The notes: generated by a model not told the origin, from the letters alone. Counted from the first letter of the stretch, positions 1 to 13,580 are shown. The stretch: 64,000 nucleotides of DNA from Camelus ferus (GCF_009834535.1 NC_045696.1:19904001-19968000), one strand, 5' to 3'. Numbers and translations: made by a program.

Positions 1-479
1 TTTTTTGATGTTTCATGTAAAGATTCCATTATAGTGATTATTTAAGCAGTGTATTCCCTAATGGTCCCTCAACAGGCTGTGCTTCTGTTATGGTGCATCA
101 ATCAATTCCCATTATACTATTACCTTACAGCATATTCAATATTTGGGGTTTATAATATATTCCAAAATTTATACATAGGAGTGTTTATTTCAAAAGCATA
201 TTCTTTCACCACTGGATCTTAGAAAAATGAGTGCAGATAAAATGAGTGAAGATAACATAAACAACTGTGAGCCAATTTGGCAAAGCATCTTAAACCTCCT
301 TTGGCAAAACAACCACAAAAAATTTGCAATAGGAAATTTTCTATTTCAGTGTTTCTGTATGACACAATTCAACAGAAGATCGGGCATGATAGCCGTGGTT
401 AAAACTGGGCCATTTTGCTGAGTCTGCAGTCTTGGCCACCCTGTCTCCTGGCCCCTAACGACCCAACATGTAGTATACA

Positions 480-722
480 CACCATCAGCACCAGAGTCCT
501 CTAGGAGTTTTGCAGAAGTCCATACTTCCAGGACCAATCAGTACCTCCAAAATCAGGGTCTGCATTTTAGCAACATGTCCAGGGGATTTCCATGCACCTT
601 ACAAATTTAATGGCACCGCTCTAGCCCTGTGGTTCTCAACCTTGACTCCACGTTAGAAGAATCTGAGGAGCTCTGAAAAATTAGCTGTGACTGGGAAGCA
701 TGCCCAGGCCAGTCGCATCAGT
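480..722 (+). mobile_element. Two adjacent MER5A-like hAT-Charlie MITE fragments
   Basis: TCTGCATTTTAGCAACATGTCCAGGGGATTTCCATGCAC resembles the MER5A right end; CTGTGGTTCTCAACCTTGACTCCACGTTAGAA resembles its left end (recalled consensus). Confidence 0.65.
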
Positions 723-1261
723 CTGTGAAGTAAGTATGTACAATCAGGTCCAGACCCCTGATCCTTCTGAGAATACATTCTAGTATTTTCACTCCTAGGT
801 ACCCCAGAGTCCACATGCAGAGCATAGCCCAAAAATGGTAATCATTGGATGGTACCAATAAATGTAGTTACTGCTAACATTTCAAAAGCCTAACCGCTTT
901 CTTGAAAATATGAGACATTATTTGATTTGGGTCATGATCTCTTTTTTATTGAGCAAAACACTCTCAAAAGCTCTCTATTCTCTTCCTGCTTAACAACAAA
1001 TAGAAACCCAATTTCATATTTCTGAGGCACAAATGGAACTGTATGCCATTGTTTCTCTGAACCATATCTTTATCAATATATGAAAACATGCTTTTCCTCT
1101 CTTTTTGCCATTGTTCGGCTGGAGGTCAACTCAGGGTAAACACAGAGAGGCCTTCGTAAAGCTGGATAAGTCAGCCAACCAGAAACCCAGAACAAAACAA
1201 AGACAAAATCTCACAAACAGCAAGGGAACCGAAGAGGAGTCCTAAAAATGTCAAACATCTC

Positions 1262-1365
1262 CTTTGATAATGAGTTCCCTCAGGACAGAAAATGTGTGTC
1301 TTCTTCATCTTTGAGTCTGGCACAATGCTTAGAACATCGTAGGTTCTTAAATTATGTTTCTAATT
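1262..1365 (+). mobile_element. L2 3' end fragment
   Basis: GAGTTCCCTCAGGACAG...TCTGGCACAATGCTTAGAACATCGTAGGTTCTTAAAT matches the layout of the L2 tail. Confidence 0.6.
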
Positions 1366-1647
1366 CTAAAGGAACATGTGTTCATTATAGAAAAAAAAAA
1401 TGAAAACACAGAAAAAGGAAAGAGACAAAATCTGAAATAGCTTGACTTTGAACTCCAGACACATTGTACAGATCTATTGCGGCTGAACTGGAGTGCTTAA
1501 TAAAATGAAAATGCCATCTGGTATGAAAACATGTCTTGTCTTTGAAATCCAACTACAATTGTTCATGTAGAATTGAGTCAATTATAGATCAATTTTGTGA
1601 CATTCTGGGAGGTCGGTATGGGTAATATGTTAAAATATGGGCATTGC

Positions 1648-1731
1648 TGCATATGAATGCATATATATATGTATGTACATATACATATATGTGTGAATAT
1701 ATATCTGTATGTACATATATATGCATATATA
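1648..1731. repeat. (TA/CA/TG)n low-complexity tract
   Basis: Alternating purine-pyrimidine sequence seen directly. Confidence 0.9.
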
Positions 1732-2759
1732 GGACAACAGAGCAGGGGCCACATTTTACCTGTAACTTGGAACGGAAATTATATAATGGAAGCAATTATC
1801 TATACATTAGCCTTCGATGTTTGTGTACAGAACTGCCTTTCACTTTTTTCTCACTTCAATCACTTGCATCTATAACCTAAATATCCCTTTAGACCGATGT
1901 TTAAGCTCCTTGGAAGTCTTCCTACGAAAAGAAAAACCTGATTTTTAAGCATCTCCTGTGCTGCGGAATCTTACGGAGCAGGGTTTATATTCAGTCCTGG
2001 CAACTTCAAGGGTCCTGCCATCATCTCTTCGCTGTAATAATGGAGGGTTTTGTCACCTGGAGCCTCTGCTGCCCAGCTCTTCATTTCAGACGACACCACC
2101 CATCCATGAGCACCATTTCTCCCTTCCCAGGTCCTGGACAATATTTGGTGATTTAATTTCTGGTTGTAAATATAACCTTACCTGGTATGGATGGTCCCTT
2201 CTTGTAAATAAACTGAGGGAGTGCAGTCACATCTGAATGGCCTAGGTCACAGAAACTGCTGACAAGGCTCTGCTAGTCTCTGTTACAACACAAGCTGGGT
2301 GGGAGCTGACAAAGCTTTCCAACCCTGAATGTATTCATTCCCTTGTCAGGAAGCGTTGATTTAGCACAGGGCCAAACTCTCTCATGTATCCTTAAGTAGG
2401 TTTGAGTCACAAGATGGAAAGATGATGGATCCTGAGCTCGCAACGCCAGGTCTGGATGATGTATTTGTGACAGAAAAGGCCCTTGGTGTTTAGAATCAAG
2501 GAACTTTTAAGTGGTTAGACAAAAGTGCAGCGATCAAGTTCAAAGCCCTCGAAAGGACATGTGATTCACTGCCTCTCCCGCGTTATAAAAGAGAAGACTG
2601 TGTTCGGATTATTCTAAAACCTGATATTGGAAAAGATAGTATTGGTCAAAGCAATGGATGACTGGGTGACTAATGCTGAATTGCTGACTCATGGACATAT
2701 GCTGATGGTTGTGGTCTTTGTCAAAACAGTTAAACTTATTAACATTAGAGAAAACTTAT

Positions 2760-2870
2760 GGCAAGATGCTAAACTCCTTAAAACCATCTCTTATTCTAGA
2801 CCATACTACATCTAGATCCTAGCATTGTGTCTGGAGTAGAATAGGTACTCAGTGAATATTTACTGAATAA
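2760..2870 (+). mobile_element. L2 3' end fragment
   Basis: CCTAGCATTGTGTCTGGAGTAGAATAGGTACTCAGTGAATATTTACTGAAT. Confidence 0.6.
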
Positions 2871-3803
2871 TGTGTCCTTGGGTGTTACTATTGTGGATTC
2901 TGTATCGGCTTTAGACAGGTCCTTCAGATAAAAAGATTATGTTTGTTATCTCTTGGACTTTAAGAGAACACAGGGAGTTCTGTAAGAGCTGCAGAGTCCA
3001 GTTGTGCAGAATGTGTCAATATCATACTTGATCTCATAAATGATGCAAGTTCTCAGTTTACCCACCAAAAGGAGAACAGGGTGCCTGAGTTCACGAACAA
3101 CATTTAATCAGCTGCCAGCCTGGCAGGCTTTCCTTGACAACTTGAATTTTAATATTCAGTGTTCTTTCAGGCAAATGCAAGCCTCTTTGTATGAGTAACT
3201 AACCATCGACAAATTCTAACACTTTCACAAAGGCCTGGCTGATAAAGAAAAGAAAGGACAAACTGGAGGTAAATTGCAGAAACTAAAACCAAACAGAAGA
3301 GATGAGTAAAACAAGAGGACAAAATTAGAAAGCACACAGTAATTGGGAACATCTTTTTGGTCATTTTCTCTATTGTTAAAAGTATAGTTGCAAAGAATAG
3401 TTATTCTTCTAACTCTTACAATATTTGTTATTCTGCATGCACGCTGTTGCAAAATATAGCTCTTAGCCAAAATGTTTAAGATCTATCAGAATCAATTGTT
3501 TTTTCAATCCCAGTGATACGTCTACGGTGAAACACAAGGATAACAGTAGTTATCCTTTTTTATTTTTCAAGAAAGCTCATTTCACATTTTTTGAAGAATG
3601 ATATGATGAGAATCTTGGGTGAAATCTAAGTCCTTACACCAATCTGAAAAAGCCATAAATAATATATTACACTTGACTTTATATTTGCCAATTCAAGCTT
3701 CTTGATGTAATATTATGATTAACAGAGTACAAAATGTTCTAGCTTTCCGGGCAGTAACTTTTAAAAATCTGGATGTCTCAACTCCTAAATGCCATGTGGG
3801 ATG

Positions 3804-3806
<3 letters not shown>

Positions 3807-3842
<36 letters not shown>

Positions 3843-3848
3843 TGTGTA
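3807..3848. repeat. (GT)n microsatellite
   Basis: Seen directly. Confidence 0.95.
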
Positions 3849-6364
3849 TTTGTGTAAAATAAACACTTTGTGATTGTACTCTGATGTGTGTGAGTAGCTA
3901 CCAAGCATACCCCTAGTGATCCAGTTAATGAAGTGTGCACTGTGCTAAATTGTAAGGTGTCCCTTTGCCTTGTTGACTGCCACTCTGGGGCTCCTTGAAG
4001 AGTATCTGTTATGCGTTGCTAGTCTAGAGAGGGTGACCCTGTCACACACACTGTGGAATGAAGGGACAAGCTTTCATGTCATTTTCTGCTAAGCAGTTTT
4101 ATTACCTCTTACTTGAGATCCTTTCCGAGGTATTTGATGACTATGAGAAATGTCAAAAGAAGATGAGTTAAAGTCTGTTACAAGGCCCCCATCTTTATCA
4201 GATCTCAGATGTGTAAGACATCAGTATGATGATAATGCATTTTCTCTAAAGGTCACTACTTTTATTAGAAAATAAATAAGTGCTTTGACAATAGGTTAAT
4301 CAGCGTACATGTTTTTGGAAAACAGTTGCTTAACATCATCATCACTTATATCTCAGAAAACCGTACGTTCATAGAGTTTCCTTGAACTCAATTCTATATT
4401 CTTTCATGTCACAACATGACATTATTTTTTGCAGGTGTTTTCTTGTTTGTTCATATATTTATTTGATGTTTCATATGTTTCTGATCTGATTTATAAATGT
4501 TTCACCACTGCTACCATTTTTAAGAATATTTTCTATTTTATCTTTGGTGAGCTCTAGCAAGGAAAATCCTAGGTATATCTCTGTGTAGGAATGTCTGTTG
4601 GTAACTGAGCACCTTTCCCATCCTCATCTACACTTTTCCCTGGGAACCCAGGGCAATCCCTTTAGGAAGATTCTAGATTAGATTCTGCTGATTAAAAGCA
4701 CTGAAAAGCCATAATTCTTCAGTGGGTTCTGCAAATAGGCATGTGGAATGGTATGTACATTAGATGTGAGACTTCGCGATCTATTTCCAGATGAGCAGAT
4801 TACTCATTTTAGCTCCACAGGAAGTTGAGATAATAAGCCAGTGTCTTTCAGGTCTATGTAAGTTAAACATTTGCAGCATTATATTCCCTCCTGTTAAATA
4901 TACCCAAAGTGTTCTTTGTTTTGCCGACCTACACACTGTTTTAATATTTACTGCTGATATTGAGATCTACTATCTAATTGTTCTTCACATTAATATGAAG
5001 CAGGCATCAGATATATTTGCTACTTGCTTTTCCTATTTATGACCCAAGTTACTATGGCTGGCTGTAGTCTCTCGACAAATAGGAAAATGATCAAGCGCTG
5101 GTAATATAATGTTTGACTTCGGTCCTCCCAGCCTGAGTTTTAACTGAGGAGCCAATACCTGTTACGAGAGTCAAAATGAATAAATCAACATGTGCAGAGT
5201 TTTAAAGGACATGCTTAAAAACTCATTTTGTGACTCTTGAACACGACTTTCCCATTCAAATAACATTTTAAAAATCAGAGGCATGAATGTTTCAGGAGGA
5301 TATTTTACAGAAATATATGCTGTTCGTTCTGGCCCACCTTCCATAAAAAAGAAGTGAGTTCTGCTCCCTCCTTCCTTCTGCTCAAGGTTAAAGGCTAGAG
5401 GGCTTCTCCAGAGCTCCAGCTGTTTTATGTGCATTGGGGTCACTCTGGCCCATGAGTCTCCCCAGAGCAGAGCCTAGAGATTACTAAAACCGTAGGACTG
5501 ACCTGATGCTCTATTCTCCAGAGTACTGGGGCAAAGGATATGTGTTTCCCATGATTCAGATGTGTGCGAAGTTGGGGAAGACAATCGTGAGCAATTGCTT
5601 TGTGTCGTGTCCAAGAAGGCTGACCAGGTGGGTGGGGAAATCTCAGCCAGAAGAAGCTGCAGGTAACTACCAGATACCTACAGCCAGGGGAACTGCTGCA
5701 AGCAAGCGACTACCTTTATTAAGGATGTGGAGATGCCTCCATCCAAAATGAGATAACTGCGGGAGAGAGGATCCTGAGCAGGAAACTTTCAAAGAATCAT
5801 TTGCCAGCTCCAGAGAAGGTGAAGTCAATTCATAAAGGCATCTATTCAGAAAAGATCCTTCCTGTCCTCTTGCTAGTTCTCACCCCCATTCACCTAATAC
5901 TGGTGCACAGACAAGCCAGCCAGTTAGCTTCCGTGAAGGAGGGAGCAGAGAGGAAGATCAATGCAAGGAAGCTGAATGTAAAACGCTGACTGTCAAATCT
6001 GCCTGTGTCACTCAGCAGTCTCCCACCATCAATCAAGCTCTGGTCTCAAAGGGAGAAAGATTTTATTCTAAATCAAGTTCATAGTATTGATTATTATCTT
6101 GGAGTGAATATTCCATTTCCTGAATTAAGATGTGCTAAGACAATGGGAAGCCATATGTGCATCTATTATTGAGAGAACATTGCATCTTGATTTAATCCAT
6201 TACATCTCCTCTTCATAAGAGGAGAATTTAAGTCATTTAAGGGGACTTACTCCCTCAAAGCATATTGGACCATTTCTCTCAAAGTCATCCTGTAAGGAAT
6301 GGCTCCCAGAACAGTGGTCTAGTAAGATAAAACATATTTTTTTTCAATAGAGGAAATTGAACTG

Positions 6365-6560
6365 ATAGCTTTGGAATCAGACAGACAGCTTTGAGTAATG
6401 ATTGATTCCATAATTAACTTCCCAGAGTTTCACTTTCCTGAACTTGCATTAAAATTGGGAGGGTGGGGAGAGAGAGAGGCAGAGAGGGAATACCAATATT
6501 TATCTCACAGGGCATTATCCCAAGAGTTAAACTGGGTAACATTTGTAAACTTCTCAAAAT
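6365..6560 (+). mobile_element. MIR SINE, degraded
   Basis: TTGGAATCAGACAG...AGTTTCACTTTCCTGAACTTG...TATCTCACAGGGCATTAT...AACATTTGTAAAC. Confidence 0.55.
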
Positions 6561-6975
6561 CAAAATAAATCTTAAGTTCTTTTTCTTATCTTACCTTCAC
6601 ATGGAAACAGACTCATGACGAAGCTTCCTCCCATCTGAATTGAACAGCTCACCCTTCTGGTGTAATTTAACATTTAGATAGAAGTAGAACCCCATCCACC
6701 CCTAGCACAAGGAGATTAAGACACTTTAAGTGGACACTGAATTCACTGGATGAGAATCGGGCTATAGATCATTTCACATTTTGTAAAAATGAATGGCAAT
6801 ATTTAAAAAAATGAAGTTTTCCTCAAAACTAAACTGAACATAAATGAATAATTATAATGTGTCAAAGAATTTAATTCCTGATCTGAATGCCATAATTCCT
6901 CATGTGCAGGTCATATTAACATACCTACCAGGTTTAATATGAATAACAATTCTTCCCAGTGTCCCCTAATTACTG

Positions 6976-7010
6976 AGAATGCATCTCTCCTCTTTTTTTT
7001 TAATCCAATT

Positions 7011-7061
<51 letters not shown>

Positions 7062-7297
7062 TTTTGTGTTAGTTTCAGATGTACAGCGAAGTGATTTGGT
7101 TATACATATATATATGTGTATATATATATGTTCCTTTAGTCTATTCTTTTCCATTATAGTTTATTACAAGATATCGAATACACTTCTGTGTGCTATGCAA
7201 CAAATCCTTGCTGTTAACTGTTTTATATGCGGTAGTGTGCGTCCATTAATCTCATACTCCTAATTTATCCCTCCCCCACCAGGATGCATCCCTCTTC
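6976..7297 (-). mobile_element. 5'-truncated cetartiodactyl-type L1 3' end with (TTTA)n tail and degenerate TSD
   Basis: T/(TTTA)n tail, then TTAGTTTCAGATGTACAGCGAAGTGATTTGGTTATACAT...ATCCCTCCCCCACC; flanks AGAATGCATCTCTCCTC (6976) and AGGATGCATCCCTCTTC (7281) match 14/17, all transitions. Confidence 0.85.
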
Positions 7298-7334
7298 TTT
7301 TTTTTTTTTCCTAAACAAATAGAGCTTTTAAAAA

Positions 7335-7568
7335 TATTTTTGACTTATAATTAATATATAATATTACATTAGTTTCAGATATGTGATATAGAGATTTGAT
7401 AGTTTCATACATTATGAAATGATAAGACCAATGACCACCCATTACCATATAAAGTTTTTGAAATATTATTAACTATATTCCCTGTGTGTACATTATATTC
7501 CCATGACTTACTTATTTTATAGGTGGAGAGATGGATTAGGTGAAGGAGATTAAGAAGTATACACGTCC
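7335..7568 (-). mobile_element. Older L1 3' end (L1MA9-like) with inverted 5' piece
   Basis: 7335-7527 is minus-strand L1 3'UTR; 7528-7568 is the immediately upstream L1 segment in plus orientation. Confidence 0.8.
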
Positions 7569-8257
7569 TCCCCCACCCCAATTATCAGCAAAAGTAGCCT
7601 CCAAATGCCAAAAGCCATAAAACACTGCACTGAAAATATAACTTTTACTTACAAACTCCAATTCAAACCCCAAACCAAACCCCTGTCTTGAAACTTTAAT
7701 GGGAAAAAAATCCTGTTTGGAACTCAGCTGAATGACTTAACGTCTCCTTAGAAAGCTATTGATTAACTCGTACAATATAGCATTCTTTTAATCTTGAAGG
7801 TTCCACTGAGATCACCATTTCTCTTTGCCAGGCTGAAGCCACATTTTGAGAGTGGGTGGGTGTGAACATTAATTTTTGGAGCTGGCAGCTGAGGTCAGCT
7901 TTTAATTTTTCTTCCTTTGATCTTTTACTATTAGAATATAATCCATAGTCCCATGGGGCTGGGTTTGGGTAAGGGGGTTTGCACAGACCAGATACATCTT
8001 CTAAAGTGCATAGCGCTGATTTGTTTTATCAGTGGTTGGGGGTTGCTCCAGTATGAACTTACAGCAGGTTCATAAGAGTGCATTCAGGTTCTAGTTTCCT
8101 CAACTTCATAGAAATAGATTATTCATTTAGTCGTTATAGGGTGTATATTTGGTTATTACTTATTGCAGTTGGAAGGATAAAGCCAAGTGTAAGCCCAAAA
8201 GTGGTATACAACTAAAATACCATGAAAGTTCCCCAGTTGGAGACATCTGTGCTATTG

Positions 8258-8585
8258 GCACACAGAATGGCTTTAGAATCAGAAAATGTGGAAGAAAGTC
8301 TTGCTTATTTAGCTCTTCATTTATTTAGCCCTTCAAAGAATACTTTCTAGGTGTTTACTGCTTAACAGACACTGAATGAAGGATTGAGGCTCCCTTGAGG
8401 AATAAAAGAAAGCGTCCCCTTCCAGGACTGTCTCAGAATAGTGACATCTCGCTCTGTTTCCTAACCTGTAAACTAGGGCTAATCATCAGAATTAATTCTC
8501 ATCTCTTAGGTTGCTTGTGAGGATTCAATTAGATGATTCATGTAAAATGCTCTCTGTATCACCAAGCGTTCTATATATTAGGTGT
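8258..8585 (+). mobile_element. MIR apparently split by a minus-strand L2 tail (about 8315-8425)
   Basis: MIR head GCTTTAGAATCAGA and core CTGTTTCCTAACCTGTAAACTAGGG...TTGTGAGGATTCAATTAGATGATTCATGTAAAATGCT flank an L2-like CATTTATTTAG...GTTTACTG segment. Confidence 0.6.
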
Positions 8586-9044
8586 CTATACTGTTGGTGT
8601 TGCAGGATTACGTTACTCTCTGAATGATCAGTGTGGGAGAGGCTTGCCAACACTCACCTTCTACATATGAAGCTCTGTATACTTTATGTGGGCATTAATA
8701 ACTGAAAACAATATTGGGTCCATTAGACTTAACATTTCCATAATTTGGCACTAAGGTAAAATGTTGGCCCCAGGGTTAAGTATCTTATACCCTCCTAGAG
8801 CCATCATTATGAACATCAGTGAGTATTGATCACATGGTACCCTAAATATGGATGGTGGGAAAGCCAAGTCAAATCTGTGTTGAATTCAGATTCCTTTTAC
8901 AAATAAATCACAACTAGAATTTTTTTTTTTTTGCTTATAATGCATGTCTTGTAAAATGAACTGCAAAAAAGATGGGAGAGAAAATCCATTTATTTTAAGT
9001 TTCACAATAGATGGGAAATTTATATGACTTGACCCACCTCTTTA

Positions 9045-9072
9045 TACACACACACACACACACACACACACA
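9045..9072. repeat. (CA)n microsatellite
   Basis: Seen directly. Confidence 0.95.
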
Positions 9073-9449
9073 GCCCCAATACTCACATACCACTTGTTTC
9101 CAGATTACCTTATGATTCAAATAGAAAGCTGTCCTTATCAGATAAATGAGCTGCTATCACAAACAGTCCCAAATATCAATGGATTAACATCATTTAAGTT
9201 TATTTTTCAGTGCAATATGGATGATCTTAGTCATACAACTCTCCTGGGCCTCTCTTCTTCAAGGGATAAACTGGGGAAGAAAATTTCTTCCATTGTCTTT
9301 GTTTTGTATGGCCGCTGGGCTCTTGTCATCCTGCCAATGAAAATAAAAAGATGAAGTGGAAACTTGTACGATGTTTTAGGGCAGGAGGAAAGTGCACGAC
9401 AGCATTTCTGCCCATCTTCCTCTGCCTATCACTTGCCAGTTGGCCCCAT

Positions 9450-9491
9450 CTAACTGATAGGGGACCGAAGAAATGGAGTCCTTCTGTGTAC
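9450..9491 (-). CDS. Candidate terminal coding exon, VHRRTPFLRSPIS* (unidentified gene)
   Basis: Strong acceptor tattttaattttctcccag|G; phase-0 frame ends at TAG 9452-9450; downstream minus-strand AATAAA near 9199-9204 and 8989-8994. No homology recognised. Confidence 0.4.
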   Translation of the reverse strand, partial: VHRRTPFLRSPIS

Positions 9492-10769
9492 CTGGGAGAA
9501 AATTAAAATAGTCCAATCAAACTCTGGCATTGCCTTTATCATGGAAACCCACTACTACAACTGTGTAGGGAATTTTAGAAAAGTACACACTATTTGTCGT
9601 TGTAAATAACTGAGATATTCTCTAAATGAGCACCTCATATTTGCTTACTATGTGCTTGTAAAACTAAAGGAAGGGGTAGCTAGAATTTGTAATTATGAGA
9701 TTCCTTTGCCAGATGTTAGAATCTGAGACTGTAATAAGAAGTTGACAGCTCAAATGACTAAAGATGTATTGCCACATTTCCCTTTATTCACAGTTTTTGG
9801 TAGAATGCCCCAGATAATGATATTCTCTAAATAACTTTGCCTACATGCAGTCTTGAAAACAAGACTTGTATACTGGAACTCAGGTGTTTTCATATAGCTA
9901 ATATAATCTCATTTTGCTTTACTAAATTGAAAAAATACACCTGCATAGAAAACCTCTTTCGTTTTCTTTTCAGCCATAACAAATTTAAATGAATATAACA
10001 TTCAAGCTGTTCAGTGGTTATTTCTTCTTCTGACATGGCAAATAAAATATATTTCATTGTGATCTGGAGTAAAATTTCATGGGGTGAGGCTTATTAACAA
10101 CAAACACATACACTTAAATTTTGTTGAGTCTTTTTTAAGTTATTGTATAATTCTGTACCTGAGATGTCCATAAAAAGGCAGGATGGAAAATCACTTATAA
10201 TTTCACATTTATCTTCAAGTTGATTACTGATGAACTGCTGAATATATTGGGATGGGTTATATGTATTTGCTGTAAGAGGTGATTTTATATTTGTGTCAGA
10301 TAACCTCTCATCTCAACATCAAAAATGAGAGCAAGGACACTATATGCCATCAGGTTATCTGTCTCAGACTCTACATCACATATAATAATATCTACTCCAT
10401 GCTTTTTAAAAGAATGTTGTCATGATAGATAATTATTTGGTCAATGATGTTTGAATATTTAGTCAAGTAAGTGTTGTGTATAATAGACATATGATATCAC
10501 TGTGATGCAGATAGCTAGTTCATTATAAAGTCCTTGGCAGAGTGAATTTAATACATTTTCCTTTGGATTGCCAGCTTTGGGTTAACCAGAGAAAAATTCT
10601 AATTTTTCCCAACTAGCATGTCTGTTAATCTAGTCAAGAAATTAGAACACTAACTTTATGTTCAAACAGAGGTATGCATAGTAAAGGATTGACATAGAAA
10701 TTATCAGTCCCTAATTGCTATCATAATTTTATTTTAATAATATATTCTCCAAGAAGCTATGAGTCACTT

Positions 10770-11557
10770 TTATCTTTGTTTTGATGTAATATCAAATGTA
10801 GTAAAACACTGCAAGAACAGTGCAAAGTAGTCCCCAGAATCCTTCACTGAAACATCCCATTGAAGTCCACCAACCGCCTCAATAATGGCCTCTTGAGAAA
10901 AAATCTAATTCTCAATCATTCCTTGCATTGATCACCATGTTTCTTTAGTCTTCCTCATTCTGAAATTATTCCTCAAGGCTTCTTTGATCTTCTTGGCCTT
11001 AAATTTTGAAGAATATAGGCCAGTCATTTTGTAAAGTGTTCCTCAATTTGAGTTTGTCTGATGTTTCCTCGTAATCAGATTATGGTTATGTATTTTTGAC
11101 AAGAATATCATAGAAGTGGTGCTGTGTTCTTCTCATTGCATGTCAATCTATCACATTCCTGGGGATATTGACTTTGATCACTTATTTAAGGTTGTGTGCT
11201 AGCTTTATTTAGTGTAATGTTACTCTTTCCTCTTTTTTAATTAATAAAATTTCTGCTGGGAAGTACTCTGAGATATGCAAATATTCCAACACTCATCTAA
11301 CTTTTACATACTAGTTTCAGCATCCATTGATGTTTGAGTTAATTATTACTGTGATGATTAGCAAGAGGAGATTTACTATTCCAATCATTCCTTCTACACT
11401 CATTAATTACAATTCAGCTTTGAGGAAGAACTTTCCTCTTTCTCCATTTATAATTAACTTGACAATTTACATTGGTGTAGACTCAGAGATTCCTGTTTTA
11501 TTCAAAAGGATGTAACTTGTTATTACCAGTACATTGATGCTCACATTGTCCTCAAAT
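10770..11557 (-). mobile_element. L1MC4/5-like 3' region
   Basis: TTTTGAAGAATATAGGCCAGTCATTTTGTAAAGTGTTCCTCAATTTGAGTTTGTCTGATGTTTCCTC...GACAAGAATATCATAGAAGTGGTGCTGTGTTCTTCTCATTGCAT. Confidence 0.8.
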
Positions 11558-13580
11558 ATGTAAATTTTGAGTTGAGAAGTATTGGTAGGTTGCTCACAAA
11601 TGGCAAATTTAGGGAGCAGTCCAATATAGATTATATTGGATTTTAGGAAGACAGTATATCCCTGAGTGAGTAACACCTGAAAAAAATGTTTTGAAAAGTC
11701 AACAGTATTATGTTTCCTATTTTATGCTACTAAATAATTTCTTTTGAGAATCCCAGAGTTTCTTATTCTAACCATTCAAGAAAACTCAAGAATGGAACCC
11801 CAAAGATCAAAATTTCTAAATTTCCTAAGGCAAAACTGTCACTTACTTCTACCATATGGAATATGTCAGTAAAATGTGTTGCAATAGACCTGATAATCTG
11901 TGAAGTCTCATTCAAATAGTAATATTCATATATCCATCCCCGTGCCCAGATAGTAACTCCCCTATACTCTGCTCAGTGTATTTCATAGAATTTCACATGT
12001 GAGTATAATCATTTGTAAAATTTTAGCCATAAAGTAGAGTTATCCATAAACATATGAGACTAATATGGCTTATAATCACCATACTGCAAAATGCTACTTT
12101 TTATGCAACCAAATTTTACATAAACATAGCACTCTGTAGAACAAATCTGGATTTCTACTTTGATGAGTTGAGATAATTACCAATAAATGCTACACCAAAA
12201 TGAATTGATGAGTATCCACAAAATGGTGAATTTAAGCTCTTTATTTTGCAATCTCATTCACTTTGGCCATTGAATGTACTAAACCTCTTTAAGGATACTT
12301 CCGTAAATAATTTTAAATACTTTCAAACTAAAATTTAATACTTGGCTTCCCTGATTCACAGAGATTTCAGAGGATATTCTAGGTCAAAGAAGAACACTCT
12401 ATTAAGAAAACTGGGAAGCTAAAGTTTATTTGTAAGTTGTATAGCTCTGTACTTCATCGTGGGCATGAAGTTACTATATTGTTATATATTTTATAATCAA
12501 AACTATGGGTGAGTTACAACTGTTTATTTCACTGTGACTCATTTTAATTACGATAATTAAACAGATTAGAAATATTTGTAATAAAAAAACTCTTTTTGGG
12601 GGGATAGAGAAAGAAAAACTTGTGTTTCAAATGTGGCCATAGACATTCCATCAATTACTTACCATAAAGAGCATCTCATAAAAAAAGCAACAAGCAGCTT
12701 GAGAGAAGTAAAGACAATGTGGAGAAGGTTGTAGAATTTGAGTGAGAAAGTAGCACAGGGTGATAACCCTGACCTGGTGACAGAATACGTTTAGTATCAG
12801 AACAATTTCATCTTTATCTCTATCTTCAAAATTAGTTTTGAAAATAGCTCAATGGGAACTAAAGTGTGAAATTTAAAGTGGCAAGTGCATACCTACATAA
12901 AGATCCAGAAATGTAAATTGAGTTGTTTTTTTCATTCCACATGGAGTGGTATCAGTTATAGTCTCTTCGGTTGGAGAATATGCTCATTGATTATAATCAG
13001 AGAGGAATACTTACCAAAAGTTTAATCTGAAGGAATATTGTCTACTCAAATTTATATCAAGATAATTTTCTATTTGTGTTTTAGAAAATGGAATCTTTGT
13101 AAAATGCTATGTTACTGTGTTATGTTATTCTCTTACAATATGTGAATTAGATAAAGTATTTAATATTAATTGTTGATGGATACAGAAAAAGGTTTATACA
13201 CACACACCGTGCATGTATACACTGTATGTGTGTTTTAATTTTCTATATATTTTCATTAAATAAAATAGTTTTTAAATATTCAACATGTAAATTTTTAGTA
13301 TCTTATGTATTATTCCTTGTTTACTTTCTAATACAAAGATCAAATTATTCAAAATGTGTTCTATTATTAAGTTTAACTTATATTGTGGTGAAGAAAATTG
13401 TTGATATTATACATCATCATCTTCTTTTAGGCATATCTGATTCAATCAGTGGGGAATCCCATCCTTCCGTGCCAAAAATCTGTGCATATAGTTAATAGTT
13501 TACTAAACTTATGACTGCTAAATCTGCACATATATTAAAACTGCCATTGTAGGAACTGTTTCAAGAATACTGACATTTAC

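Noticed and set aside
1589..1880. Three overlapping ORFs rich in Y/I/H/C
   Set aside because: Produced by the TA/CA low-complexity tract.
6979..7263. ORF with FIYL repeats resembling a membrane peptide
   Set aside because: Artefact of the (TTTA)n L1 tail.
7270..7577. CCTCCCCCACC at 7270-7280 and 7567-7577 as a possible TSD
   Set aside because: Low complexity; the first copy is part of the L1 3'UTR polypurine tract and conflicts with the better TSD at 6976/7281.
13015..13026. Possible 12-nt minus-strand microexon (ttccttcag|ATTAAACTTTTG|gtaagt)
   Set aside because: Good donor but a short pyrimidine tract; motifs this short are common by chance and nothing else supports it.
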